This document shows, piece after piece, positions 44,314 through 57,323 of a stretch of DNA of 64,000 nt; position 1 is the first letter of the stretch; the number at the start of each line of letters is the position of its first letter. Origin of the DNA: the human T2T-CHM13v2.0 reference genome, Homo sapiens; assembly GCF_009914755.1 (NCBI RefSeq), contig NC_060945.1, one strand, 5' to 3'. The position numbers and the translations under genes were made by a program. The notes beneath the pieces were generated by a model. That model did not search any database and had not been told where the DNA came from. It saw nothing but the letters and a program-made list of their open reading frames with translations.

Positions 44314-44544
44314 CTTCTATTATTGATTTCTAGTTTCATACCATGGTAGTAGGAAAAGATACTTGATGCAATTTCAGTCTTCTTACATTTATTAAGTTTT
44401 GTTTTGTGACCTAACACATGGTCTGTCCTGGAAGACATTCCATGTGTGCTTGAGAAGAATGGATATTTTGTTGCTGCTGGATGGAATGCTCTGTATGTCT
44501 ATTAGATGCTTTTGGTGTAAAGAGCAATTCAAGTCTCCTCTACC

Positions 44545-45215
<671 letters not shown>

Positions 45216-45862
45216 ATTTAATTTTTAAAAAATTTTCTGCCTCGCTTACCTGTCTATTGTTGAAAGTGGGGTATTGACATTCACTACTATTATTGTATTA
45301 CAGTTTATCTCTGCCTTCAGATCTCTTAATTTTTGCATTTAGGTGCTCTGATGTTTGGTGCATACATACACACACACAATTGTTATGTCTTCTTGATGAA
45401 TTCACTCCTTTATTATCATATAATTACCATCTTTGTCTTTTTTAAAAGTTTGACTTGAAGTCTATTTAAACTGATGTAAATATAGCTATCCCTGCTCTCT
45501 TTTGGTTTCCATTTGCATGGAGTGTTTTTTCCATCCTTTCGCTTTCAACCTATACATTTTTTAAATCTGTCGAGCTCATCTGTGTCTTTTGATTACAGAA
45601 TTTAATTCATTTACATTTGTGGTAATTATTGATAGATAAGGCTTTACTACTTCCATTTTGTTCATTGTTTCCTGGTTGTTTTGTAGGTCCTTCTTTCCTT
45701 TGATTCTTTACTTGTGATATTTTATGTATAATCTACCATTTTGCTGACTATACTTCTTAGTTTAAGGTGCTAAGAGTACAGTAATTCATAAAATAGAGCC
45801 AAGTCTCTACTCAAACTTAAGGTGAGAGAGTGAGAGAGTGCTTTCTGAATTCCTTTCTGCAG

Positions 45863-46024
45863 ACTTAGGATTTAAATCTGAAGTGAGCACAGCACTGTGG
45901 GTTCTATGGGTGATGATAGACAACTACTCGGGGATCTGAGTGGGATCAGTAGTGATGCAGTGAAAGATGTGTGGGGGCTGTGGGGGCATGGGAGCCTCAG
46001 GGGTGTTCAGGGCCAGGTGGGCTC
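45863..46024 (+). repeat. Direct repeat copy 1 (about 162 bp), upstream of exon 3
   Basis: About 92% identical by hand alignment to 47349-47511. Confidence 0.92.
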
Positions 46025-46194
46025 CTCGCATTCCAGCCTCAGGTCCCTCAATCCTCCCAAATTGCTGACCCCTGTGAAATAAGGATGCTGATGCTAGGAG
46101 AGATATCTCCAGGATCTGACATCATAGCGTCCTGGGCAAAAAGCTCAGTTCCTCACACTCAAGTGAAAGGAGAGTGGGTCAGCTGTGGTGGTCA

Positions 46195-46552
46195 GGTGTA
46201 TGTGGTATAGAGTGTATGTGTGACTGTGTGTGATATGGTATGTGTTGGGGGAGGGGATGTGTGTGGGAGTGGTGTGGTGCGTGTGTGTACATGTATGGTG
46301 TGTGTGTCTATATGGTATGGTGTGCATGCGTGTGTGGTGAGTACATGGTGTGTGTGTGAGATGTGCAGTATGTTGTATGTTGTGTGTGAATGTGTGCTGT
46401 ATATGGTCTGTGTGTGTGTGATACATCATGTGGTATGTGTGCATGAATGTGTGGTGTGGGTGTCAGTGTGTTGAGCATGTGGTGTGTTGTATGATATGTA
46501 TGGTGTGTATGTTTATAGTGTATGTGGCATGTTGTGTGATGTGTGTGTGTTT
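46195..46552. repeat. GT-rich degenerate simple repeat
   Basis: Read directly. Confidence 0.9.
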
Positions 46553-46975
46553 AGGGTGTCTAAGGCTGTGTAGATGCAGAAGCTTTATAGATGCTCCACA
46601 GATGGCTGTCTTTGCTCACCAGCTCTCTTAGACCCCTGTAATCTTTCTTTTATTGTATTGCAAATTACATTGCCCACCAAGAATGTCACAATGGGCAGCC
46701 ATGGGCAGTGATTCCCAGCCCTTATGAAATTGTTACGCCTACTCAGTACCCCTCTCCTTCTTTGCTTATTTGTCACTTTAAAATGAAATCAGATTCAGTG
46801 AGCTTTGTGTCTTTAGGGGAATTCTCAGTGAAGTCTGGAAACCCTCCCCCCTCAGGTTTTCCGACCGCTGCTTGGAGTTTCTGGTATGAAGTGCTGGTGT
46901 TCTCCGCCAAGCAGCAGGTGCATCTGTAAATTACTGTGGGATGTTAATGGCTATATACTTTCTTATTCATTACAG

Positions 46976-47099
46976 CTCCAGTCCCCAAAAGGCAAAAATG
47001 TGACCACTGGACTCCCTGCCCATCTGACACCTATGCCTACAGGTTACTCAGCGGAGGTGGCAGAAGCAAGTACGCCAAAATCTGCTTTGAGGATAACCT
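46976..47099 (+). CDS. FAM3B: FAM3B coding exon 3 ([42 protein letters not shown])
   Basis: ttcttattcattacag| ... CCT|gtaagt; 124 nt; carries the conserved FAM3 cysteines. Confidence 0.96.
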
Positions 47100-47348
47100 G
47101 TAAGTACCAGCGTTTAGAAGGAAAATAAAGCGATCCTACTGATTCTTGCCCCTTCCCTGAGGCTGACCAAGCAGCAGTTCTGCCCACAGGAGAGAACCAT
47201 ATGTCGTTGGTCTCAGGCAAAAGGCTGAGAGCATCCGAGTGGAAATGAGAAAGCTCCGCTGTATTCACCAGGGAAGGAGCTGATTGTCTGTAATGGCTGT
47301 ATGTGTCTTGTGTTTAATGGTTTTACGGTTTCGTTTGACTGCAGTTGT

Positions 47349-47511
47349 ACTTAGGATTTAAATCTGAAGTGAGCACAGCCCTGTGGGTTCTACGGGTGAT
47401 GATAGACAAGTACTCTGGGATCTGAGTAGGGATCAGTATTGATGCAGTGAAAGGTGTGTGGGGCACGTGGGGGCATGAGAGCCTCAGGGGTGTTCGGGGC
47501 CAGATGGGCTC
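47349..47511 (+). repeat. Direct repeat copy 2 (about 163 bp), downstream of exon 3
   Basis: acttaggatttaaatctgaagtgagcacagc...gggctc. Confidence 0.92.
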
Positions 47512-48366
47512 TGAACAAAGTTAGACTACTTTAAAAAGCGAAGTTAGACTACTTTACTTTGAATATGTGGCAAAGTCCTTCAAAGTCATGGGAACATGAA
47601 AACTCAGCCGATAGTTTCTTCGTTTTATTTTATGATCCTCACCTTCCTGGATTAAAGCAGGTGTTGTTTCTGTTTGCAGTCCATACTTTACACTTCTTCA
47701 ATATTTTGGGAAAATCCATATAAGATTGATATTATTTCTTCTTTAAATATTTGGTGTGATTTCCCAACAAAGTCGTCCTGGCCTGGAGGGTTTTGTTTTG
47801 AGGTTTTTAACTGCAAATTTAATTGATGTAATAAGTACAGCACTACTTAAGTTATCTGTTTCTTCTTGAGTGGGCCCCATTTTTATTTTTTTATTATTTA
47901 TTTATTTTGTTTTAGTGCTTCCTTGATTTACAGCATAGCTAAACTCAGCCGAGTCTTTCTTTGTTCAGACTGAAATCAGCCATTTCTCTAAAGAGAGAGT
48001 TCCTTAATGGGATGTGGTATTTAGAAACCAAGATCTAGACACTCATGGGCCCTTGATAGGGTTCCTCCTAAGCACTTTTAGTGGACAGAACCAAGCAATG
48101 CATTTGTTTCTAAATCATGAATTTACATTAGCATTTACAATTCAAATTCAACAGTGCAGGAGTCTTACCCCCTTAAGTTCTTCGATTTTTCATTTTAACT
48201 CTTCCCTTACACTGAGAATCTTGGTTCCTAGTACTATTAACCTTCGCCTTCAAATTACAATACCAAGACTACTAACAATACAACTACTGAGTGAAGTTAA
48301 AAAATGTTGTTTGCAGTTCCTCATAGATTTAAAAATATTTTATTAAGGTTATAAAGAGTCAGATGT

Positions 48367-49050
<684 letters not shown>

Positions 49051-49499
49051 AAGTTGTCCTTTTATAAGGAACCCATTCACTCCTGTGATAACAGCATTAA
49101 TCCATTCAGGAGGGCAGAGTCCTCATGGCCTAATCACCTCCTAAATGTCCCACCTCTTAATGCTATTTCCACATGAGTTTGAGAGGTAACAAACATTCAA
49201 CTCATAGCAATGACCAAAGTCATATGAAATAATTACTTTCCCTGTAGTTATTTTACATTGAATTAATTTCCATTTGCTTTCAATGCTAGGTTTGTTTTTC
49301 TTTGGGTTTCATTTAATTTTTGAATATATATTTATTTGGTTCAGAAATCAACATTATGTTTGAATATTACATGTCCCAAAAAAGGAGGCTCAGAGAAATC
49401 TTCCCTGTATTCTCCACCTTTTCTCCCCACCTCTTGTTCCCATCTCCATTAATTTTTTAATTAGTTTTTGATTTATTCTTCCAGTATTTCTTAATGGCA

Positions 49500-49670
49500 A
49501 AAAATAAGCTATATATATATATAAAATTAATACATACCTATGTATATTTTTATATACAGGTATATATATGCATGTATACATGTGAATATATGTATATGTG
49601 TGTATGAATATGTGTGCATATGTGTATATACACATTATACACGTATACACTCATATGTACACACACATTT
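49500..49670. repeat. TA/TG-rich low-complexity tract
   Basis: Read directly. Confidence 0.85.
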
Positions 49671-49699
49671 ATATCCTTTCTTACATAAAAGGTGGTAAA

Positions 49700-51500
49700 C
49701 TCTATACACAGTTATGACCTTGGCTTTCTTCACTTAACAGTTAATAGAGATTACTCCATATCAGTACATCAGGCTTTTCCTCATTTCTTTTATTGATATG
49801 TGGTATTCCATAGCACGGATGTGTCATAGTTTATTCAACTAGTTCTGCACTGATAGGCATTTCTGATGTTTGATATCTTTTGGTATTACCAGTAATGCTG
49901 CAATAAATAACCTTATGAATATATCATTTTGTAATAAATTATGATAAGGCGAGCAGTTGTGTAACCACCATCCTGGCTAAGAAATAGACTATCACTAGCA
50001 CCCCATAAGCCCTCTGTGTACCCCTTCTGAAATGCAGCTTCTTCTTTCCTTCCTGCCCAATGGTAACCTGGATTTTTTTTGGTGGTGATTTATTTCCTCA
50101 CTTTTCTTGGTAGTTTTACTGCCTAAGCATGCATTGCAAAATACTGTTATTTAATTCAACACTTGTTTAATGTTGTCTGTTTTGGACTTTGTATAAGTGG
50201 AATCATAAACCAAATACTCTTTTGTGTCTGAGATTTATCCTTCACGTTGGATGTAGCTGTTGTTCTTAGATGTTCATTGCTGTATGATACTGCATTGCAT
50301 GAATATGTTACAGTTATCCATTCTATTGTTGAATGACATTTGAGTCATTCCCAGTTTGGGGTTATTATGAACAGTGCTGTTTATGTCTCTTGGTGCACAT
50401 GCACATACATTTTTGTTGAGTGTTTTTTTGAAGAAGGATTCTCACAACTAGCCTCAAATTCAGTGATACTCTAGAAAAATTCCTAAGACCCAATAACAGG
50501 TTACACTTATAGGTAAGTTTTCTTACAGCAAAAGACACAGAGCAAACCCTCCTGCATGTTCTGCTGATGGTGAATTCTTCCAGTTTATGTTTCTCTGAAA
50601 TATCTTTACTTCACCTTCATACCTGAAAAATAGTGTGGTCTGCTGATAGTGAATCTTTCCAGTTTACGTTTCTCTGAAATATCTTTATTTCATCTTTGTT
50701 CCTGAAAAATACTTTTGTAGGCTGTGTTAGCCATTACTTTCTTTCAGCACATTCAAGGTACTATTCCACTGTCTTCTAGGTTCTATATTTTCCTTTTGAG
50801 AAGTCAGCTGACAGTCTTATTGTCGCTGCTGTGAAAGTAACTGCCCATTGCCCTCGTCCCCGTCACCTTAGAGATTCCTTGTCTGGTTTTCAACATTTGT
50901 ACTCCAATGTGTCTTTTGTTGTTTTATCTTCTTTGGAGTTTTTTTGAGTTTCTTAAATAGGTAGGTATTGAAGTCTTTCATCAAATTTAACAAATTCTCT
51001 GCTCTTGTATCTTCTGCCCATTCACTTTCTCCTCTTCTTCTGAGATTCTTAATGAAACATATATTAGACCTTATCACTACTATAGTCTCTAGAGCCTATA
51101 GTCTATTTTGTATTTTCCATTTGTTTACCTCTCTGCTCTTTATCGTGGACAGAGTTGTTTTCCATTCACTAATTCTCTCACCCACTGTACCTAATCTGCT
51201 GTCAAACCCATTCAATCACTACTGATTTTAGGTTACTGTATTATCTTAGTTTTAGAAATTCATTCTGGTTCTTTTTAAAATCAGCATGTCAGTTTTGGTA
51301 CTTTTCAGTTCTGAAATTTTTAATTTTATCAACCATGTTTTTGAATACATTATAGTTAAAGTCTGAGTTGGATAACTCTAGCATTTAGAGTGCCTGTGAG
51401 TCTGTCACTATTATCTACTGTTTTCTGCTGGTTCCATTGTCTCTTGTGTGCGTTGGCCTTTTTCCTCACGTGTCAGGTTTCATTTGATCCTGCACCTGTT
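49700..51500 (-). mobile_element. Ancient L1M fragments
   Basis: Degenerate antisense L1 similarity; boundaries uncertain. Confidence 0.55.
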
Positions 51501-52434
51501 TTTTAAAAAAATTGAGGCATGGGATGATATCTTCTTCTGAGGAATTATCTTTGCTTCTCCCAGGGACCTGGAACCTTTAGCAGAACAGGGTGACCTGAAT
51601 AAGTGTTAAAGATTTTCTGGGCCACCTAGTTGACTAAAAACTAGGCTGAAGTTTATACAAGCTCTGATTTTTTTCTGGTTTGCTCTCACTTTCAGGATTC
51701 AACCCTTTGTGACCCCAGGCCAAATAAGATGTGGGAGATTTAACATGGCCCTGACCCTGGCTTCCAACTTCTGTTCCCTTGGCTCACATGGTTGTCAGAA
51801 GGGCTGTTCACTTCCTTACACACCTTTTCTGGAATCAGCAAATTCTCCTTGGTTAAAAGTAGCTTTTAAACGCTGGACTTACCAACCTGAAATTTAGTCT
51901 TCTCCCAGATCTTGGCCTGGGAAATTCTTAACTACCTTATTTGGTCTCTAACGTATACAACCAGATCTTTAACAACAACAGCAACAACAAAACTTGCCTC
52001 ATGTTTTCTGCTTTTCTCCATGAGAAAGTCGGTTTAGATTAGCCGATTTTCTATTATCAGAAATCTCTTTCTGCTTCAAGTTATTATGGAATAGTCTCTA
52101 AACCTGTCAAAAAGCACTAAGCCTAGAAAACTCATAGGGGAGTTTAGGTAAAGGTGTCAAAACAAAATATTAAAGTTCCGTGTTCGCTATTCCAAAGCAT
52201 GGAAAAAGGAGGAAGCCTTCCAAATTATTTTCATAAAGCTAACATGTCATTGATTCTGACACTTGACAATGGGAACATGCACATATACAACATGCACACA
52301 CACAATTTCTGTGATCTTCAGCAATAATTACCATCTCCAGGTAAGTCATTTAGTTTTCCTGATTTTAGGGCACAATCCTCTTGAATTTGGCATTTCATAT
52401 TCTACAATTTAAAGGTTAAAAATTAAGTGACATA

Positions 52435-52745
<311 letters not shown>

Positions 52746-53073
52746 TAAAGTGCATCTGTGAAGAGCCTGAGCTAAATAAATGTTAGTTTTTCTTCCCCCT
52801 AGCCATTTGTCTAAATTATAAGATTGAATGCAGTGTCCAGGTCCCCTGAGAGTCCAGGTCCCCTGAGGGACTGAGTCTGTAGACACTGAGAATAGATGTG
52901 TGTGGATGAACATGGGGGTGGCGGTCTCGGGAGCTGCACCAAGGCGAATGCAGACTTTCAAGGAAAAGGTGGGGGACAGCAGATGAGACTGACATTTGGT
53001 CAGGCGAAGACTTCGCGGAGCGGGGAGAGTCGCACGCCTCTTGGTACTTGACTAATGCTTAGCTCCATTTCAG

Positions 53074-53132
53074 ACTTATGGGAGAACAGCTGGGAAATGT
53101 TGCCAGAGGAATAAACATTGCCATTGTCAACT
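53074..53132 (+). CDS. FAM3B: FAM3B coding exon 4 (LMGEQLGNVARGINIAIVN)
   Basis: ccatttcag| ... AACT|gtaagt; 59 nt; FAM3-type N-V-x-R-G-I-N-I-A motif. Confidence 0.95.
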
Positions 53133-53750
53133 GTAAGTTACTAAACATTTTCTTTAAACTTCTCTAAAAGCTCTCTGGTCAGATTTTCAAAGGTACCTTG
53201 GGTTTTCGAGACTTTTGCGCGTGATTTAGTCTAGGTTTGTATTTTAATGCATTTTAAGATTATATACTCAATTATTTTTACAAGTCTCACTTCACAGATT
53301 ATTTGTGGTTCTAACAACAAATAAACAACTGAAAACCAAATATAGACTTTATTTTAAAAAAAGAAAAAAACAGAGGGATAGGCCAAAGTTAGGGTTAACA
53401 CCAGAAGGGCCGCCAAGGGGGTGCAGCCTGTGGTCCTGGACTGAGCCTCTCATTTGCTCCCAGAGTCCCAGTGTCTGCTCAGGGGCTGACACCATAGACC
53501 ATCTCATCCTTCTGTGTGATAAAAGCCACTGCAACCTCGTGGGAAACAAAACTTGGCCTTTCTCTTAGGTCTGGAATAAAGCTCTCTCACAGTTGCCTTT
53601 GAGGGGCCCAGAGGAGAAGGAAAGGGTTTCCCACAACGTCCCTGTGAGTGAGTGGGCCGCATAGCCCCGAGACGTGAGGGCTGTGGAAGTGAAGATAAAA
53701 TGCTCCCAATCTGACAGCCCTGAAGGAGGCTGTAAAGTAGGAAGTGGGCA

Positions 53751-54023
53751 GGCTGAGGGGGCTCTGGTGTTTCTGTGGGATGAGGCGGGTGGGCCTGGCT
53801 GAGGGGGCTCTGGTGTTTCTGTGGGAAGAGGCGGGTGGGCCTGGCTGAGGGGGCTCTGGTGTTTCTGTGGGATGAGGCGGGTGGGCCTGGCTGAGGGGGC
53901 TCTGGTGTTTCTGTGGGATGAGGCGGGTGGGCCTGGCTGAGGGGGCTCTGGTGTTTCTGTGGGATGAGGCGGGTGGGCCTGAGTGAGGGGTCTCTGGTGT
54001 TTCTGTGAGATGAGTTGGGTGGG
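53751..54023. repeat. 46-bp G-rich minisatellite, 5 near-perfect copies plus 1 degenerate
   Basis: Unit ggctgagggggctctggtgtttctgtgggatgaggcgggtgggcct. Confidence 0.95.
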
Positions 54024-54283
54024 GGAGGTATTAGTGTTCCATCAGGTGTAACCCAAAGCAAACTGGAAGAAAGTTCTAGCACAGCTTCCAGCACTTTCCT
54101 TTGACCTGGTTTTGGGGACTCTCCTCAAGGGGCCCGCCCTGTCTCTGCAGGCTGGGTCATTACATCAGTGGTGTTTGCTGGAGATAGACAGGGAAGAAAT
54201 ATTTCCTTCCCCAGGCCCTGGTGCCACAAGTGCGCCCTAGTTCTGTGAACTTTCTTTTAAAATACCATTTCTTTTATTTTCAG

Positions 54284-54334
54284 ATGTAACTGGGAATGTG
54301 ACAGCAACACGATGTTTTGATATGTATGAAGGTG
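54284..54334 (+). CDS. FAM3B: FAM3B coding exon 5 (YVTGNVTATRCFDMYEG)
   Basis: cttttattttcag| ... GGTG|gtaaga; 51 nt; FDM motif and NVT glycosylation sequon. Confidence 0.95.
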
Positions 54335-55611
54335 GTAAGAAAATTTTTTCTGTTAAAATTCAAATGAATTTTAAACAGAAAATTAAGATTAAAAAGCACA
54401 AAGAAAAATGTCAACCATTTTTATTTTGTCTACTAGAAAAACGCCAGCAGCTCTCCTGAGTAATCTAGAGTGGTCTTATGTAGATCCTCTTAAACTCTAA
54501 TTGAATTCATAGAACATTTGAAGGCATCATCTAGAAATGTCTTTTCTTCTGTTAGTTTTCCTCAGTCTTTCTCTTTTTAGCTCTCATGATATAATAAGAA
54601 AGAGAAAAAGCCTTTTTTTTTAAAAAAAAAAAAAAGCCAAATACATTATATGTAAAATAAAGCCACCAGCATCCAGCCCTAAATATCATCATCCTTTGAA
54701 AGCTGTCACGATTACTCCTGGTGACTCACAGTGCTCTGCTGGGCTCAGGGCAAGCATTCCCGGAACCCACGGGTGCCCAGTCTTTCTCGATGGTCTCTCC
54801 TTTCTAGGCACTGACTCTTGACTGCAGTTGTTGGCCAGGATATACTATCCCCTCTTATTTTTATATATCAATGAGACTTTCAAAAACAAGTTTTTATAAA
54901 GATAGTGAAGACGAAGAATAGAAAACGCCTGCACCCACCCAATAAGAAGGACACAGTTGTACTCTGCAGTTAACCTAAGCAGAACAGTAAATAATGAGCC
55001 GCAGCGGTGAGTAACAGGGTTTGAGGTTTACCTTTATTTTATAAGGCATAGATAAGTCTCTTGGCACAGACTTGCCCACGGTCCACATGTCTCGTATTTG
55101 AGTTCTGTGGGAGTCTCTCTCCTGCACACGTCGGTGTGTTTGCAAGGCCACTCTGCTCAGTGGTCGTGGTGTGGGTGTGGGTGTGGCCCTTTATCAGTGA
55201 CTACAGAGAACACTCCACCTGTGCCACACAGGCTGCTGCTTGTTAAGAGTTTGGTGATCTCATTTCTAAGGAGGGTTTTTTTTTTCTACCAGGGGCTCCA
55301 CTTCTCTTGTTTGTTGGTCAAAAAAGCTCCTTATCTTGACCCCCTTTCACTACTGCCCTGAACACCTATTGCAAGTGTTAGGTTCTTTTCCTTCTACGCT
55401 GTGCCACTCACCTCAGATAGTCCCTATGGTACCCCAGTGAATGTTCACACGTCCAGAGCTAGCACACCATCTGCAGGGTTGAGCAGCGAGCGCTGGGACC
55501 CCCAAGGATTCAGAATGGACACAGAATGCAGGTGCAGGAGGAAGCCCAGCACCCAAGGCAGAGCCTCAGTGAACAGCAAAGACCCTAAAACTGACTTGCA
55601 TCCCCCAATAG

Positions 55612-55699
55612 ATAACTCTGGACCGATGACAAAGTTTATTCAGAGTGCTGCTCCAAAATCCCTGCTCTTCATGGTGACCTATGACGACGGAAGCACAAG
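55612..55699 (+). CDS. FAM3B: FAM3B coding exon 6 ([30 protein letters not shown])
   Basis: ctgacttgcatcccccaatag| ... AAG|gtgagt; 88 nt; seen at the end of ORF 55401..55703. Confidence 0.95.
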
Positions 55700-56072
55700 G
55701 TGAGTGGGTGTAGGTCTGTCACAGCGGTGGGCAAGAGAAGCCAGCTGGGGCAGAGGCTGCCAGGGTCTCTCAGTGACATCCTCTGGGGACAAGCAGAAAG
55801 TCCAGGAGCAAAGTACTTCTCTAAGGAAAAAGAATGAAAGATCATGACAAAATAGATGGCATTTCTTTAAAAAAAAATTAAATCACTAACCACAGAAGTA
55901 CTAGAACCTAAATCAAAGGAGTATTTCAAGGAATCAAGACAAAGCCACTGTTGACCATAATTAGGACAGACAAACTAACCTCCGGACAGAAAGCCTAAAC
56001 CCAGGGTGGCATTAATAGTTACAGCAATGTGAAAGGAAATTGAGATAATTTCCCTATAGAAAGAGGAAAAGA

Positions 56073-56413
<341 letters not shown>

Positions 56414-57190
56414 CTAGAAGTGGATGTAGCTCAGTGCCTCTCAGAGTGTGTCCTACTAAGTAAACCAAACCTGTGTCTTTGCTGCAGAATGTCTAAGAAC
56501 CTTCAAAGTGCTTATTTGTGTGGTGAATTTCCCAGACAGGGCTACTGACCACAGCATTTCCCAAATTTATCAGATTCCTTTTTTCATGGAGCATCTTACC
56601 AAACTGAAGTTCCTTGGCACATACTTTGAAAAATTCTGACTTAACTCACTTAGAACAATCTAAACTTAACTGTTTACTTTCCTGTCTACCCTCCTGTCAC
56701 TTCCTCTAAATCTTAATGTTTGCAGTGGCAGTATTGTTTTACATTTCTTTTTCCTTTTTGATGTGGACTTTTCTGATTATGAAAAGGGGGCAGTTTTGGC
56801 ATTTGCTTTCATCTTTCAGCAACTTCTCTCCACCTTATTTTGTGGTCACTAAACAAGGGGCAGAGCAATAGCCGAAAATTGTATTGGCTGAGTGTGAGCC
56901 TGAGATTGAACCCCAAAGCACAAGGGCTTTCCAGAATTGAGAAGTAGAATTCTGTGCCCCAAACTGGGGCCTAAAATGGCTCTGGATGTCCAATGGTTAA
57001 CTAGAAATGTGACATTCTCAAGAAGCATGTGTGCCTCTTAGCTGCCACTGTGTGTCATGCACTGCAGCAGGAGATGAATGTGTTTAGAAACCTCCATCCA
57101 AGGATGCACAGCGTAACACATCCAGAGCAGAGTTCCTCTCCTCTCCACGTCTCCCTGAGATGCTCACATGCTTTTCCCTTTGTCCTGCAG

Positions 57191-57323
57191 ACTGAATAAC
57201 GATGCCAAGAATGCCATAGAAGCACTTGGAAGTAAAGAAATCAGGAACATGAAATTCAGGTCTAGCTGGGTATTTATTGCAGCAAAAGGCTTGGAACTCC
57301 CTTCCGAAATTCAGAGAGAAAAG
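57191..57323 (+). CDS. FAM3B: FAM3B coding exon 7 ([44 protein letters not shown])
   Basis: ccctttgtcctgcag| ... AAG|gtgagt; 133 nt; LGS...FRxxWVF ILEI/PANDER-domain motif; final exon lies beyond the window. Confidence 0.96.

Noticed and set aside
45842-45952. Coding cryptic exon after the acceptor-like tcctttctgcag at 45862
   Set aside because: In the exon 2 frame it reaches TAG after about 29 codons and I found no clear donor; at most a poison exon.
47395-47514. C/D-box snoRNA in the direct repeat (GTGATGA ... CTGA)
   Set aside because: No terminal stem, no evident rRNA guide, and copy 1 lacks the distal D box; Infernal/snoscan would be needed.
53504-54094. 196-aa Pro-rich minus-strand ORF
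   Set aside because: Translation of the 46-bp VNTR cycling through frames.
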